From the NCBI GenBank assembly GCA_963675745.2, contig CAXXWX010000015.1:1-64000 (forward strand): DNA of 64,000 nucleotides. Direction: 5' to 3'. This DNA is from Phycisphaerae bacterium (GTDB lineage Bacteria; Planctomycetota; Phycisphaerae; UBA1845; Fen-1342). The position numbers and the translations under genes were made by a program. Of this stretch, positions 1-11,448 are shown one piece after another. The notes beneath the pieces are model-generated. The model saw only the letters and a list, made by a program, of their open reading frames with translations, ran no database searches and was not told the origin of the DNA. Within the stretch, counting starts at the first letter, position 1, and each line of letters begins with the position of its first letter.

Positions 1-1899
1 GTTGGCCCGCGACGTCCAGCGTTACCTGAAAGGCGAGCCGATCGAAGCCAAACGCGACAGTGGCTGGTACGTGCTCAAGAAGAGCCTGCGGCGGCATCGT
101 GCCGCTGTTGCGGTAGCGGCGGCGTTTTTGCTCATACTTGGGGCCGGGTTGGCGACGTCACTCAGCCTGTGGCGGCAAGCAGTGCGCGAGCGGGATAGGG
201 CGGTGGCGGCGGAGCAAAGCGAGGGCCAGCAACGGAGGCGGGCCGAGGATGAGGCCCAAAACGCGCGCCTGGCCGAAGCCGAGCAGCGCCGGCTGGCTCA
301 GGCCGAGCAGCGCGAGCGGAAGAAGGCGCAGGCAATCAACCAATTCGTGGGGAGGACGCTCGTGTCGTCAGATCCCCACCAGGGTGGCGAGCACGGGTTC
401 CTGGTGGCAGATGCGATGGAACAGGCCATCGACCTGCTCGATGCCGGTGAGCTGCGCGACCAGCCGGAAATCGAAACCGCCCTGAGGCTGAAGATTGCCC
501 AGATCCTCGCCGGCAATGCCCGCTCGGAGTTGGCGCTGAGACTTGCCGAGCGCGCCCTCGAAATAGATCAAGCGCTCCATCAAGGTGATCATCCTGACGT
601 GGCTGCAAGCCTGAGCACGGTGGGTAACTGCCTGCGCTTGCGGGGTCAGTTGCAGGCAGGCGCTTGTCAAGCTCCAGGCGGCGCTCGAGATGCGCCAACG
701 GCTCTTCTCCGGCGACCATCGCGATGTCGCGGCGAGTCTGAACGACGTCGGTGGTTGCCTCGAAGCCCTGGGCTCACCCGTATACGCGATTACCAAGTTC
801 GAAGCAGCCCTGGGGATGTACCAACGACTTTTCCCCGGCGACCACAGCAAGGTGGCGGCAGCCCTGAGCAACACGGCCTCCTGCATGAAGTCCCTGGGAC
901 GACTTGACGAGGCGCTGACGATGTTTGAGTCGGCGCTGGCGATGAGACAGCGACTGTTCGAGGGCGATCATCCTGACATTGCGGCAAGCCTGAACAACTT
1001 GGGTGGATGCCTGGAGGCCTTCGGCCGGCCCTCTGATGCCCTGCCCATGTATGAGGCGGCGCTGGGAATGCGCCAGCGCTTATTCCCAGGCGACCACCCC
1101 GACGTGGCAACGAGTCTGAACAACTTGGCCGAGTGTCTGCAATCCCTGGGTAGATACGAAGAGGCGCTACCCAAGCATGAAGCGGCGCTGGAGATGTGGC
1201 AGCGGCTCTTTCCGGGCGATCACCCTGATGTGGCGGTGGGCCTGAACAATCTGGCCTCCGCCCTGCGTTCTATTGGTCGGCTGGAGGAGGCGCTGCCAAA
1301 GTACGAAGCAGCGCTGGAGATGAGGCGGCGGCTCTTCAAAGGTGACCATCCCGCCGTGGCGCGAAGCCTGAACAACGTGGCCCGGTGTCTGGATACCATG
1401 GGCCGCTCGGACGAGGCGTTGCCCAAGTTCGAGGCAGCGCTTGAGATGTACCAACGGCTCATCGCGGACGACCATTCCGTCGTTGCAACGTGCCTGAACA
1501 ACGTGGCTGCATGCCTGGACAACCTCCGGCGACACGCCGAGGCAGTGCCCCAATACGAGGCGGCGCTGGAGATGTTCCAACGAGTTCTGCCGCCCGGCCA
1601 TCCGCGAATACTGTATCCGCAGACCGCCCTGGCTCGGAGCTATACGGTGCTCGGACGCTACGCCGATGCCGAGGCGTTGCTGCGTGACGCCGATGAGCAG
1701 TGTGAGCGGTCGGAGGTCAACCGGCGCCTACACCGGCTTCTTCGTGCTTCAGGAAACGGTGCGGCTATACAGCGCCTGGCACGTCGCCGAGCCGGACAAG
1801 GGCCATGACGCTCAGGCCGCCGAGTGGCGGGCGAAGCTCAAGGCATGGCAGACAACCTCGCATTCGGCATCTGATACGGCTTCCAACGGTGCGGAGTGA
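1..1899 (+). CDS. Ser/Thr protein kinase with TM helix and 42-aa TPR repeats (3' part only, two frameshifts)
   Basis: Kinase C-terminal tail (ARDVQRYLKGEPIEA), a hydrophobic helix, then GDHPDVAxSLNN TPR repeats. The protein is split over ORFs 2..907, 690..1808 and 1666..1899, with shifts near 660 and 1735. Confidence 0.85.
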
Positions 1900-1971
1900 C
1901 TCGGGCTCCGGCGGGGCCCACGCCCGCAGTGCTTGCTCGCTCGAGCCAGTCGGCGCAACTTTCGAGCGGCG

Positions 1972-2607
1972 TCAGCTCGATCCGCTGAGAAACTCCGATC
2001 GCGTCCCCAGCAATTCCCGTAACTTAAGCCGGGCCTTGTGGCACAGATTATGAATCGCACGCGGTGTGCGACCCAGCGCCGCCGCGACTTCCGCCACGCT
2101 TTGGCCTTCGAGGTACACGCGACGGACCGCTTCCCGGTAATCCTCCGGTAGTTGCATCAATGCCGCCTGCACCGCCGATACCGCTTCCTTGCCGGCCACC
2201 TTCCGGCTAGGTGTGCGATCTGCGGCCTCGATCAGGCTCAACAGGGTTGCGCTTGATTCGCAGATGGTGGCCGCGACTCTGCGAACTCTCGCGCGGCCAC
2301 CGCCACGCTTCCCGGCCCGGTGCCGGCGAATGTGAGCGCGCAGACGGCGCAGCGCAACCGTCGACAACCAGCGGTCAAATGACTCGGCACCGCGCGATTC
2401 GAAGTTCGCGATACCACGGAATACATCACAATAGATGTCCTGAAGCAGGTCATCCGCGCCAAGCGTGTCGCGCATGTCCGCCGGGATTTTCGGCGCCAAC
2501 CGCCTGCGCAACCCATCTTCCCGCTGTGTCAACAGCACGGTGAGCGCGACCGTGTCTCCAGCGATAGCACGACCGACGATATCGGGTGTCGAAGGTGTGG
2601 ATTCCAT
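1972..2607 (-). CDS. ECF-type RNA polymerase sigma-70 factor
   Basis: Region 2 (DDLLQD...FDRWLSTVA) and region 4 (LPEDYREAVRRVYLEGQSVAEVAAALGRT). Start taken at ATG 2607. Confidence 0.9.
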   Translation of the reverse strand: MESTPSTPDIVGRAIAGDTVALTVLLTQREDGLRRRLAPKIPADMRDTLGADDLLQDIYCDVFRGIANFESRGAESFDRWLSTVALRRLRAHIRRHRAGKRGGGRARVRRVAATICESSATLLSLIEAADRTPSRKVAGKEAVSAVQAALMQLPEDYREAVRRVYLEGQSVAEVAAALGRTPRAIHNLCHKARLKLRELLGTRSEFLSGSS

Positions 2608-2980
2608 GACCTTCCCCGCTGGCGGCCTGATGTGATGCTCCCATGTACTGATCAAGCCCCAGTTTACACGGGTCACAACTGCATCCGCAATCGTCTTCAC
2701 TGACCGCGACCGGTTTAGCGGTTTGGCAAGAGGCCCTTCACGTCAGTTCTGACAACGGCGGATCGGACTGCCGCTGGGCATTCGGTGCGAACACACCTTC
2801 CGCGAGATTCTGGCCCACAGGGAGAGCGCGCCGCGTCCAAGGTTGCATTCATGTCACCAGGTGGCTGATCGGCGCCGGATCGCAGGTGAAGGTTGCATAT
2901 CAGCCTTGGTATGGCGGAAACAACGTGCATTCGTGCGTTGCCGCCCGGATTGACGGACTTCACGGCATAGGAGATCCACA

Positions 2981-4980
2981 ATGAACGTGAAGCGATGCTG
3001 GACCATCAGAATCATCCTGGCGCTGGCAGCCACACCGGCCGTGCTGTACGCGCAGATGCCGGTGGGCAATGTCTTCACATACCAGGGGCAGCTCAAGTCA
3101 GACGGTGTGCCGTTTGACGGGAACGCCGACTTTGAGTTCACGCTCTGGGATGATCCGACCAGCACGGACCCGGTCCACCTGGTTGCCGGGCCCATTCTGT
3201 TCGACGACCTCGGTGTCGAACGCGGCCTATTTACGGCCGAGCTCGACTTCGGGGGCAACTACTTCACCGGCGGCGCACGTTGGCTTCAGGCGGTTGTGAA
3301 CGGCTCGACGCTCGACCCGCGCCAGCCGATTAACGCCGCGCCATATGCTCTTGTACGCCCTGTCCGGGCCCGGCGAAAGTGGTGGCTTCTGGGCCGACAA
3401 CGACAACGACGTCTTCAACACGAACGCCGGCTATGTCGGCATCGGAACGACAACGCCTGGCGCGAAGCTCGATGTTGCCGGCCTGGCCCGCGTCTCCGGT
3501 TCCGGTTGGCCCACGGAGGGATCAGGCATGGAGTTTGCCTACTCCGGCGGTCTGCACAAGGGCTACATTCAAGTCTACGACAGGGAAGAGAGTGCGTGGG
3601 GTGACTTGTCCCTCGGGTACAGCGACGTCGGCATCGGAACCTTGGCGCCCGACGCGCGGCTTACACGTCTCGGGTGGCAACGTGCTGCTCGACAACCAGC
3701 GCGGCTTGCTGATCGAGGACAGCGCTGGCTCGCCGACTACCGTGTTGACCAAGGACACCGGTAACACGGTCTGGCTCGGTAACCGCAGCGCGTCCGGCGG
3801 GATTGGCTTCCGCGTCTGGAATTCGATTGTCTCCACCTACGTTAACGCGATGCACATCGATGAGTTCGACGGACAGGTGGGGATCGGGACCGACGATCCG
3901 CTGGCGGGTCTGCACGTGATGGGCGACTCCACATTCGCCGACATCCTGATCACGCCCGACGAGCCGGGTGCCAATGCCAGCTCGGCATTGAAGCTCGGTG
4001 AGGATAACGACTACACATACGGGATGACCCTTCGTTATGACGGAGCGGCGAATCAGTTTCAGTTTGATGCGCGGAAGGACGGCGCCTCGCTCGGCCCGTG
4101 CTTCGTGATTGAGCGAGACAGCGGCAACGTCGGCGTAGGCGAGCTTTCGCCGATCGCCAAGCTGGACGTCCTCAATCCGAACTCTGGCAGTGCCGCAGCC
4201 ATTCGCGGCTACGCCAGTGGCACGACGGGTACAAACTACGGCCTGATCGGCATCTGCAACAGCCCGGACGGCTATGCCGGCTGGTTTGTCGGCAACAGCT
4301 CGTTCATGGGAAACACCACGTTCGACACGCCCGGGGCCGGCGAGATCGAATTTCGACTGGATGGAGTAACCCCTGGAATCAACGTCAATGGTGGACACGC
4401 GGGAACCCTGCGTTTGCGCCGGGCGTTGGAGATCTGGCCCAACGACGCCGGCGACCAGGCCGGTTATTTTGACGTGCGCGATGCGAGCGGTGCGATAAAG
4501 ATCGCGATGAACGGGACGGATGGCCGAGTCACCACCGGTATTCTCGAGATCACCGGCGGCAGTGACCTATCCGAGCAGTTCGACATCGGCAGTACCGACG
4601 TTGCACCGGGGCCGGGCATGGTTGTCTGCATCGACCCAGACAGTCCCGGACAACTCCTTGTTAGCACGCGGGCCTACGATCGCACGGTTGCAGGTGTGGT
4701 CAGCGGTGCCGGAGGTGTACAAACCGGGATGCTGATGGGGCAGCGAAGCACCATCGCCGACGGGCAGCACGCAGTCGCCCTGACGGGCCGCGTATACGTT
4801 CTGGCCGATGCCTCAAATGGGCGAATAGAGCCGGGTGATCGGCTGACCACGTCGGCCTCGCCGGGGCACGCGATGAAGGCGACCGACAGCCGGCGTGCCG
4901 CCGGGGCCGTGATCGGTAAGGCCATGTCACCATTGGCGGAGGGGCGCGGCCTGGTCCTCGTTCTGATTCAGCCGCAATGA
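2981..4980 (+). CDS. Secreted fiber-like protein (FTYQGQL N-terminus, VGIGT repeats, peptidase G2/IMC-like C-terminus), frameshifted
   Basis: Signal peptide followed by FTYQGQL; repeated GxVGIGT motifs; C-terminal GSDLSEQF...VALTGRV...PGHAMKA...IGKAM. Split over three ORFs, with shifts near 3350 and 3660. Confidence 0.75.
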
Positions 4981-5008
4981 CCCTGTGAGCATCCGAGGAG
5001 ATCAAGAT

Positions 5009-6052
5009 ATGCATACGAACTACCTGACAGATAGTTCCCGCGGACTCCGTGGCAAGCTGTTGCGGGCCGGTCTTTTCGCGGGACTGCTCATGGGCGCCGG
5101 TTCCGCCATTGCTCAGGTGCCCTCGGACCCCAATCTGGCTCCGGTCGACGGCGTGCGTGAGGGATTCATGATCATCGAGGGGGACATTATTGTCCCTGAG
5201 GACTTCTATCTAACCAGAGGAACGTACATCACGGATCTCTGGTCCGATGGCGTTGTGCCGTACGAATTCGACAGCAACGTGTCGGCGCTGAACCGCACGC
5301 GCGCGCTGAACGCCATGGCCGAGTGGGAAAACGTCGCGGACATCGACTTCCGGCCATGTGATACCTGGGATGCGTATTTCCTGCACATCCAGAACTCGAC
5401 CGAAAACAGCTCGATGGTCGGCAGGTACTGGGTACCCTACCTGGGCCAGGACGTAAACATTGTGAGTTGGACCGATCACTTCGTCATCGTACACGAGCTG
5501 GGGCACGCGCTGGGCTACTGGCACGAGCAGTCCCGCTCGGACCGCAACACTTACGTGCAGATCAACTGGGGCAACATCCCGGCAGATAAGGAACATAACT
5601 TTGATATCCAATCTGGCGGATCATCGAACGAGTACGGTCCGTACGACTTTGATTCGGTGATGCACTATGGCGAATGCGCCTTCACCCAATGTGGCGGCTG
5701 TCCGCTGGATCCAAACTGCCTCGAGAACGGTCGCACTATCACCGTGCTCCCGCCTAATGACGTCACTTGGCAGGGCGCGATCGGACAACGGACACACCTG
5801 AGCTTCTGGGACGCACGCGTAATGTCGTTTCTGTACCCGTACGACAATTGGCGCTTTGTCGATGAGTCAGGCCAGGGTCCGTTTCAATACGGGACGTTCT
5901 TCTATCCGTACATCGCATTTGACGCCGGAGTGTACTACACGCCGGAAGGTGGCGTACTCTGGGTCCAGCCTGGGGTGTATGAGGAAGCGGTGGGGGTCTG
6001 GTCAAAGCCGATGTTGATCCGGGCGCCCCTGGGCGCGGTGCTGGGCGGCTGA
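5009..6052 (+). CDS. Secreted astacin-family (M12A) zinc metalloprotease
   Basis: HELGHALGYWHEQSRSDR zinc motif, YDFDSVMHY Met-turn, EGDI propeptide motif and a signal peptide. Confidence 0.92.
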   Translation: MHTNYLTDSSRGLRGKLLRAGLFAGLLMGAGSAIAQVPSDPNLAPVDGVREGFMIIEGDIIVPEDFYLTRGTYITDLWSDGVVPYEFDSNVSALNRTRALNAMAEWENVADIDFRPCDTWDAYFLHIQNSTENSSMVGRYWVPYLGQDVNIVSWTDHFVIVHELGHALGYWHEQSRSDRNTYVQINWGNIPADKEHNFDIQSGGSSNEYGPYDFDSVMHYGECAFTQCGGCPLDPNCLENGRTITVLPPNDVTWQGAIGQRTHLSFWDARVMSFLYPYDNWRFVDESGQGPFQYGTFFYPYIAFDAGVYYTPEGGVLWVQPGVYEEAVGVWSKPMLIRAPLGAVLGG

Positions 6053-6087
6053 ACAATTGAAAGCAACTACATCAAGGAGATATCAAG

Positions 6088-6528
6088 ATGAGGAACCGCA
6101 TTCTCACACTGGTCGCCGGCACTGTAGTTCCCCTGGCGCTGGCCGCGCCGACTAACGGGTTCAGCCTCGACTGGCATACGATTGACGCGGGCGGTGGATT
6201 CTCGATCGGCGGCTATTACGAACTCTCCGGCACCATCGGCCAACCCGACGCCGGCCCTGCCATGAGCGGTGGCGGGTATGAACTGACCGGCGGATTCTGG
6301 GGATGCACCACCGCCGCCGACCCGCAGTACGATCTTGGCGACCTCAACTGTGACGGCTGGGTCAACAACGGCGATATCGATGCCTTCGTCTTTGCCCTGT
6401 CGTACCCGGAGCAGTACCCCGACGAATATCCCGACTGCGACGTCATACTCGGCGACATCAATGGCGATGGTTGGGTCAATAACGGCGACATCGATGGATT
6501 CGTGACGTTGCTGGCAGTAAGCAAGTGA
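6088..6528 (+). CDS. Small secreted protein (DWHTIDxGGG family) with C-terminal dockerin-like domain
   Basis: AAGGAG RBS and signal peptide; SLDWHTIDAGGG...LSGTIGQPDAG...LTGGFW; paired GDLNCDGWVNNGDID Ca-binding repeats. Confidence 0.85.
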   Translation: MRNRILTLVAGTVVPLALAAPTNGFSLDWHTIDAGGGFSIGGYYELSGTIGQPDAGPAMSGGGYELTGGFWGCTTAADPQYDLGDLNCDGWVNNGDIDAFVFALSYPEQYPDEYPDCDVILGDINGDGWVNNGDIDGFVTLLAVSK

Positions 6529-6574
6529 ACTGGGCGCTGGCGTAGTCCGCGGCGCCTGCTGAAAGGGGACAACG

Positions 6575-7165
6575 ATGCGCACGCGATTCGCGCACGGCGT
6601 CCTGGCGCTGGTCGCCATAGTCGGCCTCAGCAGTGAATCGCAGGCGACGGAACGACACGTGCCGAACGAGTATTCGACGATCCAAGCGGCTGTTGATGCA
6701 TGTACGGCAGGCGACGAGATTGTCATCGCTGACGGCGTGTATACCGGCGCTGGAAGTACCGACGTGTCCGCCTATGAGATTGGCATCGTCATTAGATCGG
6801 CGAAAGGGCCGGCAAGCTGCATCATCGATGGCTAAGGCACACATCGAGGTTTCCGGCTCTGGGGAGTGTGCTACGCGGCATCGGTGAGCGGCCTTACCTT
6901 CCGTAATTGCGTGTTGTTCTCGGCTGGCGACGGTGCAGCGCTATTCGCATACTTGGGAGACGGAAACGGCGTCCCCGATGAGCGTGAAGTACCGGGCGAT
7001 TTGAACATCGCTGGCGCGGTCAATGCGGATGACTTCATGATCTTCATGATTTGCATGAGTGGGCCAGCGATCAGCCCGGCAACAGGTTGTGACCAGGCTG
7101 ATCTCGATAGTGATGGTGACGTGGACGTCGCAGATTACGCCGTACTCAGCGTCGCGGCCCAATAG
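6575..7165 (+). pseudogene. Decayed beta-helix secreted protein with dockerin-like C-terminus
   Basis: YSTIQAAVDA...GDEIVIADGVYTG...CIIDG resembles the N-terminus of the protein at 55646-57319. Stop at 6833-6835; most of the middle is missing; DLDSDGDVD motif at the end. Confidence 0.7.
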
Positions 7166-7254
7166 CCAACAGCTTTGCAGCTCGCGCGCGGTCAGACGTC
7201 ATATCCACTTCGTCGATCAAACGGTCTGGGCCCAACGCGCGAGCGATCCCGAAG

Positions 7255-7450
7255 GCGGCTTGCTCGAGCACGTTCAGGCGAACCACATCACCTTGCTGGT
7301 GCAAGGTGGAGCGACAGTGAAGGCGGCACAGGAGCTTGCTCGGCACTCGACGCCGTCACTCACCCTTGGCGTTTACACGAAGTTGGGTGTTCATGACCTA
7401 ACCGTGGCGCTTGAGAACCTGCCCGACCTCAGGCCGGTATCCGAGCCTCC
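7255..7450 (+). pseudogene. Tyrosine integrase C-terminal remnant
   Basis: ITLLVQGGATVKAAQELARHSTPSLTLGVYTK is a box II motif with the catalytic Tyr. No upstream integrase domain is present. Confidence 0.8.
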
Positions 7451-7673
7451 AGAGCAGTTGCTGGCCACTGGTACTGATTCTGGTGAGGGTATCGGTGCTG
7501 GCGCGACTGCCCCCCCGCTCAAGCCCCAGCAGTTAGCACGCGAAACAACGCGAGCGGCTGCGGCCAGCTGCGATTTGGCGGGCGGAGGATCTCGTGCCGT
7601 CCGTGAACATAAGTCCTTGTCGGCTGCGGAGAAACGCGACGTTGCACAGCCTCCTGCAACGTCACGCGAGAAA

Positions 7674-7715
7674 GCCACCGATCGGACTCGAACCGAAAAC
7701 CTGCGGTTTACAAAA
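7674..7715 (-). mobile_element. tRNA-Thr(UGU) 3'-half fragment (att site)
   Basis: Minus strand reads TTTGTAAACCGCAGGTTTTCGGTTCGAGTCCGATCGGTGGC (anticodon loop, T arm, acceptor 3' strand). No 5' half is present; it lies next to the integrase remnant. Confidence 0.75.
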
Positions 7716-8383
7716 TCGGGGCCCCAACTGCGTAAACCGAGCTCATTTCACGTTTTACGAGGCAGGGGCCGAGCGTCTTGGGGCGGCGCTTGCGCGGCTG
7801 CAAGAGGTCGACCCGCTACTCACGAAACTGCTGATCGCTTGGCGCCACATGCCATTGGCCCGCCGTGCAGCGCTCGCCGCCGCCGCAGCGTACCTCGGAA
7901 CGATCTAGACTAGCCGGGGGCCCCGAACAAGCGGTGGCGTATCGAATCCATGGAGGCCCAGCTGAGCGACATTCTCAATTCCTCGGACCTTCCATCTGCC
8001 GAGTCCGACCTCGACATGTTACCCGAGTTTCCCGCCTGTTGTCTCTGCCAGGACCGGCGCGCCAGAATCGGCCGCGCGAGCGCTATCGCGCGTAGCCGAC
8101 TTCTCCCGAATGACCTCGTTTTCAGCCGCTTATCCCGCGGATCTCCATCGGTCGGTCTCTGGAAAGTGGCTTCCTACGCGCTGATGTGCGGCTCAACCAT
8201 CCCGCGTCCTCAACCGACCGAGCCAGCCGGGGGCACAAGAGGCCTGGCCGCTGCACTTTCCGGCCGCCGTTCACGCGGATAAAATGAACGCCCAACGAAC
8301 TTTCGAGCGCGGTCGAGACAAAATCCCGGAGCCTTCTTGAGTGATCCAATTCAAGCTCCGCGGAATTCGAAGGGGCCGCGGCC

Positions 8384-9763
8384 ATGCGCCTGTATCTGAT
8401 CAATCCCGGTAACCCGCTCGTCAGCCTGACGTACGTCAAAGAGAGCCGCTGGAACCACTACCGCGTCTGGAAGCCACTCGGGCTGCTGGTCCTGGCCGCG
8501 CTGACCCCGCGGGAGTGGGAGATCTCCGTTTTTGACGAGAACATCCGCGTGCCGGATTACGGTGGCCTGCCGCGCCCTGACCTGGTTGGCATTACCGCGT
8601 TTACCTCGCAGGCGAACCGCGCGTACGAAGTGGCGACCGAGTTCCGCAGCCGGGGCGTGCCCGTGGTCATGGGCGGCATTCATGCCTCGATGCGTCCCGA
8701 CGAAGCCACGACGCGTGTGGACGCGGTGGTCACGGGGGAAGCCGAGCCGATCTGGGCCGAGGTCCTGGCCGATGTTCCACGAGGTGCGCCGAAGCCCCGC
8801 TACGCCGGCGCGCATGCGGACATGGACGAGATTCCGCCGGCGCGGCATGACCTGCTGACTGGCGATTACGCCTGCGGCGCGATTCAGACCACGCGCGGCT
8901 GCCCGCTCAATTGCAGCTTCTGCAGCGTGACGGCTTTTAACGGGCATCGCTACCGGCAGCGGCCGATTGCGGACGTCGTGCGAGAATTCGTCGCGATCCA
9001 GGAGAAACACGTTCTGATCGTGGACGACAACCTCATCGGTACGCGCCCCGAGCATATCGCTCGGGCGAAGGACCTGTTTCGCGCCATGGTCCGGGCGAAA
9101 CTGCGCAAGCAGTGGATCGCGCAGGCGACGATCAATTTGGCCGATGACGAGGAGCTCCTGACACTGGCGGCCCAGGCCGGCTGTACCGGCGTGTTCATTG
9201 GCTTCGAATCGCTAACCGTTGCCGGGCTCCGCGCGCTGGGCGGGAAGCGCCACATTCTGGAGGGCCGTGATATCGCGGACTCCGTCCGCCGCATCCAGCG
9301 GCACAAGATCCTGGTGGCCGGTTCCTTCATCATGGGTTTGGACACCGATGAGCCGGGGATCGGCCGGCGGATCGCGGAGGCGGCGCTTTGCTATGGCGTG
9401 GATGTCCTCAACACGTTGTTTCTCACGCCGCTACCCGGAACACGGCTGTGGGACGAGATGGAGTCGAAGGGCGACATCGCGGCCGACAGGTTTCCGGAAG
9501 ACTGGAAGTACTACACGCTGACGTTCCCCGTCGCGCGTTACCGACGCTTCGCATGCGTGGACATCGCCCGAGAGATGGAGACGTGCGATGGGATTTTCTA
9601 CTCGCGGTGGAACATCTTGCGCCGGGGGTGGCGTAGTTTCTGGCGACGGCGCAAGCCCTTTACGACGCTGGTGAGCAATCTCTCCTATCGAGGAAATCTG
9701 CGTCTGAGTTGCCAAGCCTGCCGGGACTTTCTTTCGTCCCGCGCGCAAGGTCAAACAGCCTGA
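8384..9763 (+). CDS. B12-binding domain radical SAM protein
   Basis: N-terminal cobalamin-binding-like region (KPLGLL, GGIHAS) and the RGCPLNCSFC cluster motif. Confidence 0.92.
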   Translation: MRLYLINPGNPLVSLTYVKESRWNHYRVWKPLGLLVLAALTPREWEISVFDENIRVPDYGGLPRPDLVGITAFTSQANRAYEVATEFRSRGVPVVMGGIHASMRPDEATTRVDAVVTGEAEPIWAEVLADVPRGAPKPRYAGAHADMDEIPPARHDLLTGDYACGAIQTTRGCPLNCSFCSVTAFNGHRYRQRPIADVVREFVAIQEKHVLIVDDNLIGTRPEHIARAKDLFRAMVRAKLRKQWIAQATINLADDEELLTLAAQAGCTGVFIGFESLTVAGLRALGGKRHILEGRDIADSVRRIQRHKILVAGSFIMGLDTDEPGIGRRIAEAALCYGVDVLNTLFLTPLPGTRLWDEMESKGDIAADRFPEDWKYYTLTFPVARYRRFACVDIAREMETCDGIFYSRWNILRRGWRSFWRRRKPFTTLVSNLSYRGNLRLSCQACRDFLSSRAQGQTA

Positions 9764-9800
9764 CGTTATCGCTCTCACCTCCGACTCAATTCGATTCGCG

Positions 9801-11273
9801 CTACAACGCTGACGCGACGCGTCGGAAGTGGTATCCGGTAATCGCGAGCGTCATCGCCTCCGGGAATGCGCGGCGGTGGAAGAGCAGTGCCTTCGTGAGG
9901 AACTTCCAGTACTGGCGTCGGCCGCGGCTCAGGATACCCATGACCCACAGCGACTTGATGAACGCCTTCACGTCGCACCAGGACAGGTGAACGCCTTGCC
10001 CCTGCGGACGATACTCACGTAGGAACGTGAGGGTGCGCCGATAGTACATCCTCGGCGTGTAGAGGCGCTTGACGAGCGAGCGGTAGCCCTCGACCAACAC
10101 TTCGCGATCGAGCTTGGGGACGAAATTCAGGCTGGCCTCGACGTTGTTTCCGCTCGCGTCGTGGAGGATGCGGCCCTCCTGTTTGAGCCGCGAGAACAGC
10201 CGCGTGCCCGGCAGCGCCTGGAGCAAACCCACCATGGCTGTCACGACCCCGGCCTCCTGGATGAACTTGATCTGCCGCTCGAAGATGTTGGGCTTGTCGC
10301 TGTCGAACCCAACGATGAAGCCCCCCATCACCTCGAGGCCCGACTTCTGGATCGTTTTGACGGCGGTGAGCATGTCGCGCTTCGCGTTCTGTACCTTCGC
10401 GCACTCGAGCAGGCTATCCTCCTGCGGCGTCTCGATCCCGACGAAGACCTTCTTGAAACCCGCGTGGACCATCAGGTCCAGCAATTCCGCATCGTCCGCC
10501 AGGTTCAACGAGGCCTCGGTCGTGAACTGCGACTGGATGCGGCGGCGTTCCTCCCACGCGATGAGTTCGCGAAGAAACTCCTTTACCTTGGCTCTGTTTC
10601 CAATGAAGTTGTCGTCTACGATGAAAATCGGCCCCGTCCAGCCCGCGTCCACGAGGCTCTCCAGCTCGCCGATCATTTGCTCGTTGGTCTTCAGACGCGG
10701 AACTCGGCCGTTCATCACGATGATGTCGCAGAACTCGCAATTGAACGGGCAACCACGCGAGAATTGAAGCGGCATCGTGGCGTAGTGCTTGAACTTGATC
10801 AGGTCCCACCGGGGCACCGGCGTCTGCCGGATGTCGGGCCGCTTCTCGCAACGGTAGAACTCCTTGAGGTCGCCAGACACCATGTCGGCCACAAGCTCGG
10901 ACATAATGTCCTCCGCCTCGCCGAGGACGAAGTGCTTCACTTCGGGGAAGCCCGCGTGGCCGGTGGTAAACAGGGGCCCGCCCGCGACAACGGTCTTGCC
11001 CAGCTGGCTACATCGGGCGATGACCTCGCGCGCGGAATCGACCTGCGCGAGCATGGCCGAGACAAAAACGCAATCCGCCCACGCGAGTTGCGCGTCGGTG
11101 AGCGATGTGACATTGAGATCGACGAGCTTGATGTCCCAGCGCTTCGGGAGCATCGCCGCCACAGTCAACAGGCCCAGCGGCGGAAAGCACGCCTTCTTGG
11201 AGATGAACGACAGGACGTGCTTGTAGCTCCAAAACGTGTCCGGCGTAGCGGCGGAGACCAGTAACACTCTCAT
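9801..11273 (-). CDS. B12-binding radical SAM protein with DUF4070-like C-terminus
   Basis: PPLGLLTVAAMLP, RGCPFNCEFC and DDNFIGN motifs. Start taken at ATG 11273. Confidence 0.92.
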   Translation of the reverse strand: MRVLLVSAATPDTFWSYKHVLSFISKKACFPPLGLLTVAAMLPKRWDIKLVDLNVTSLTDAQLAWADCVFVSAMLAQVDSAREVIARCSQLGKTVVAGGPLFTTGHAGFPEVKHFVLGEAEDIMSELVADMVSGDLKEFYRCEKRPDIRQTPVPRWDLIKFKHYATMPLQFSRGCPFNCEFCDIIVMNGRVPRLKTNEQMIGELESLVDAGWTGPIFIVDDNFIGNRAKVKEFLRELIAWEERRRIQSQFTTEASLNLADDAELLDLMVHAGFKKVFVGIETPQEDSLLECAKVQNAKRDMLTAVKTIQKSGLEVMGGFIVGFDSDKPNIFERQIKFIQEAGVVTAMVGLLQALPGTRLFSRLKQEGRILHDASGNNVEASLNFVPKLDREVLVEGYRSLVKRLYTPRMYYRRTLTFLREYRPQGQGVHLSWCDVKAFIKSLWVMGILSRGRRQYWKFLTKALLFHRRAFPEAMTLAITGYHFRRVASAL

Positions 11274-11448
11274 CGCAAAACACCTCACTAGCAACAGACC
11301 AAGCTGACACACCCTGTCCGCCAACCCATTCAGACTTCCATCAGCCGTCGAAATCGCCCACGACGGTTACCTGTCGGGTATGGGGCTGGCAAGGGCGGTA
11401 CTGCACTTCGCCGTTCTGTGTTTCCGTCATCGCAGTTCGGCCTTGGTA

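Noticed and set aside
590..1640. 126-bp periodic repeats as a CRISPR or other DNA repeat array
   Set aside because: They are degenerate coding TPR repeats; there is no repeat-spacer structure and no cas gene.
7660..7750. Functional tRNA-Thr gene
   Set aside because: The D arm and 5' acceptor strand are absent, and the anticodon stem does not pair fully.
8384..11273. Two radical SAM genes as a RiPP biosynthetic cluster
   Set aside because: The genes are convergent, and no precursor peptide, RRE/SPASM feature or exporter is evident.
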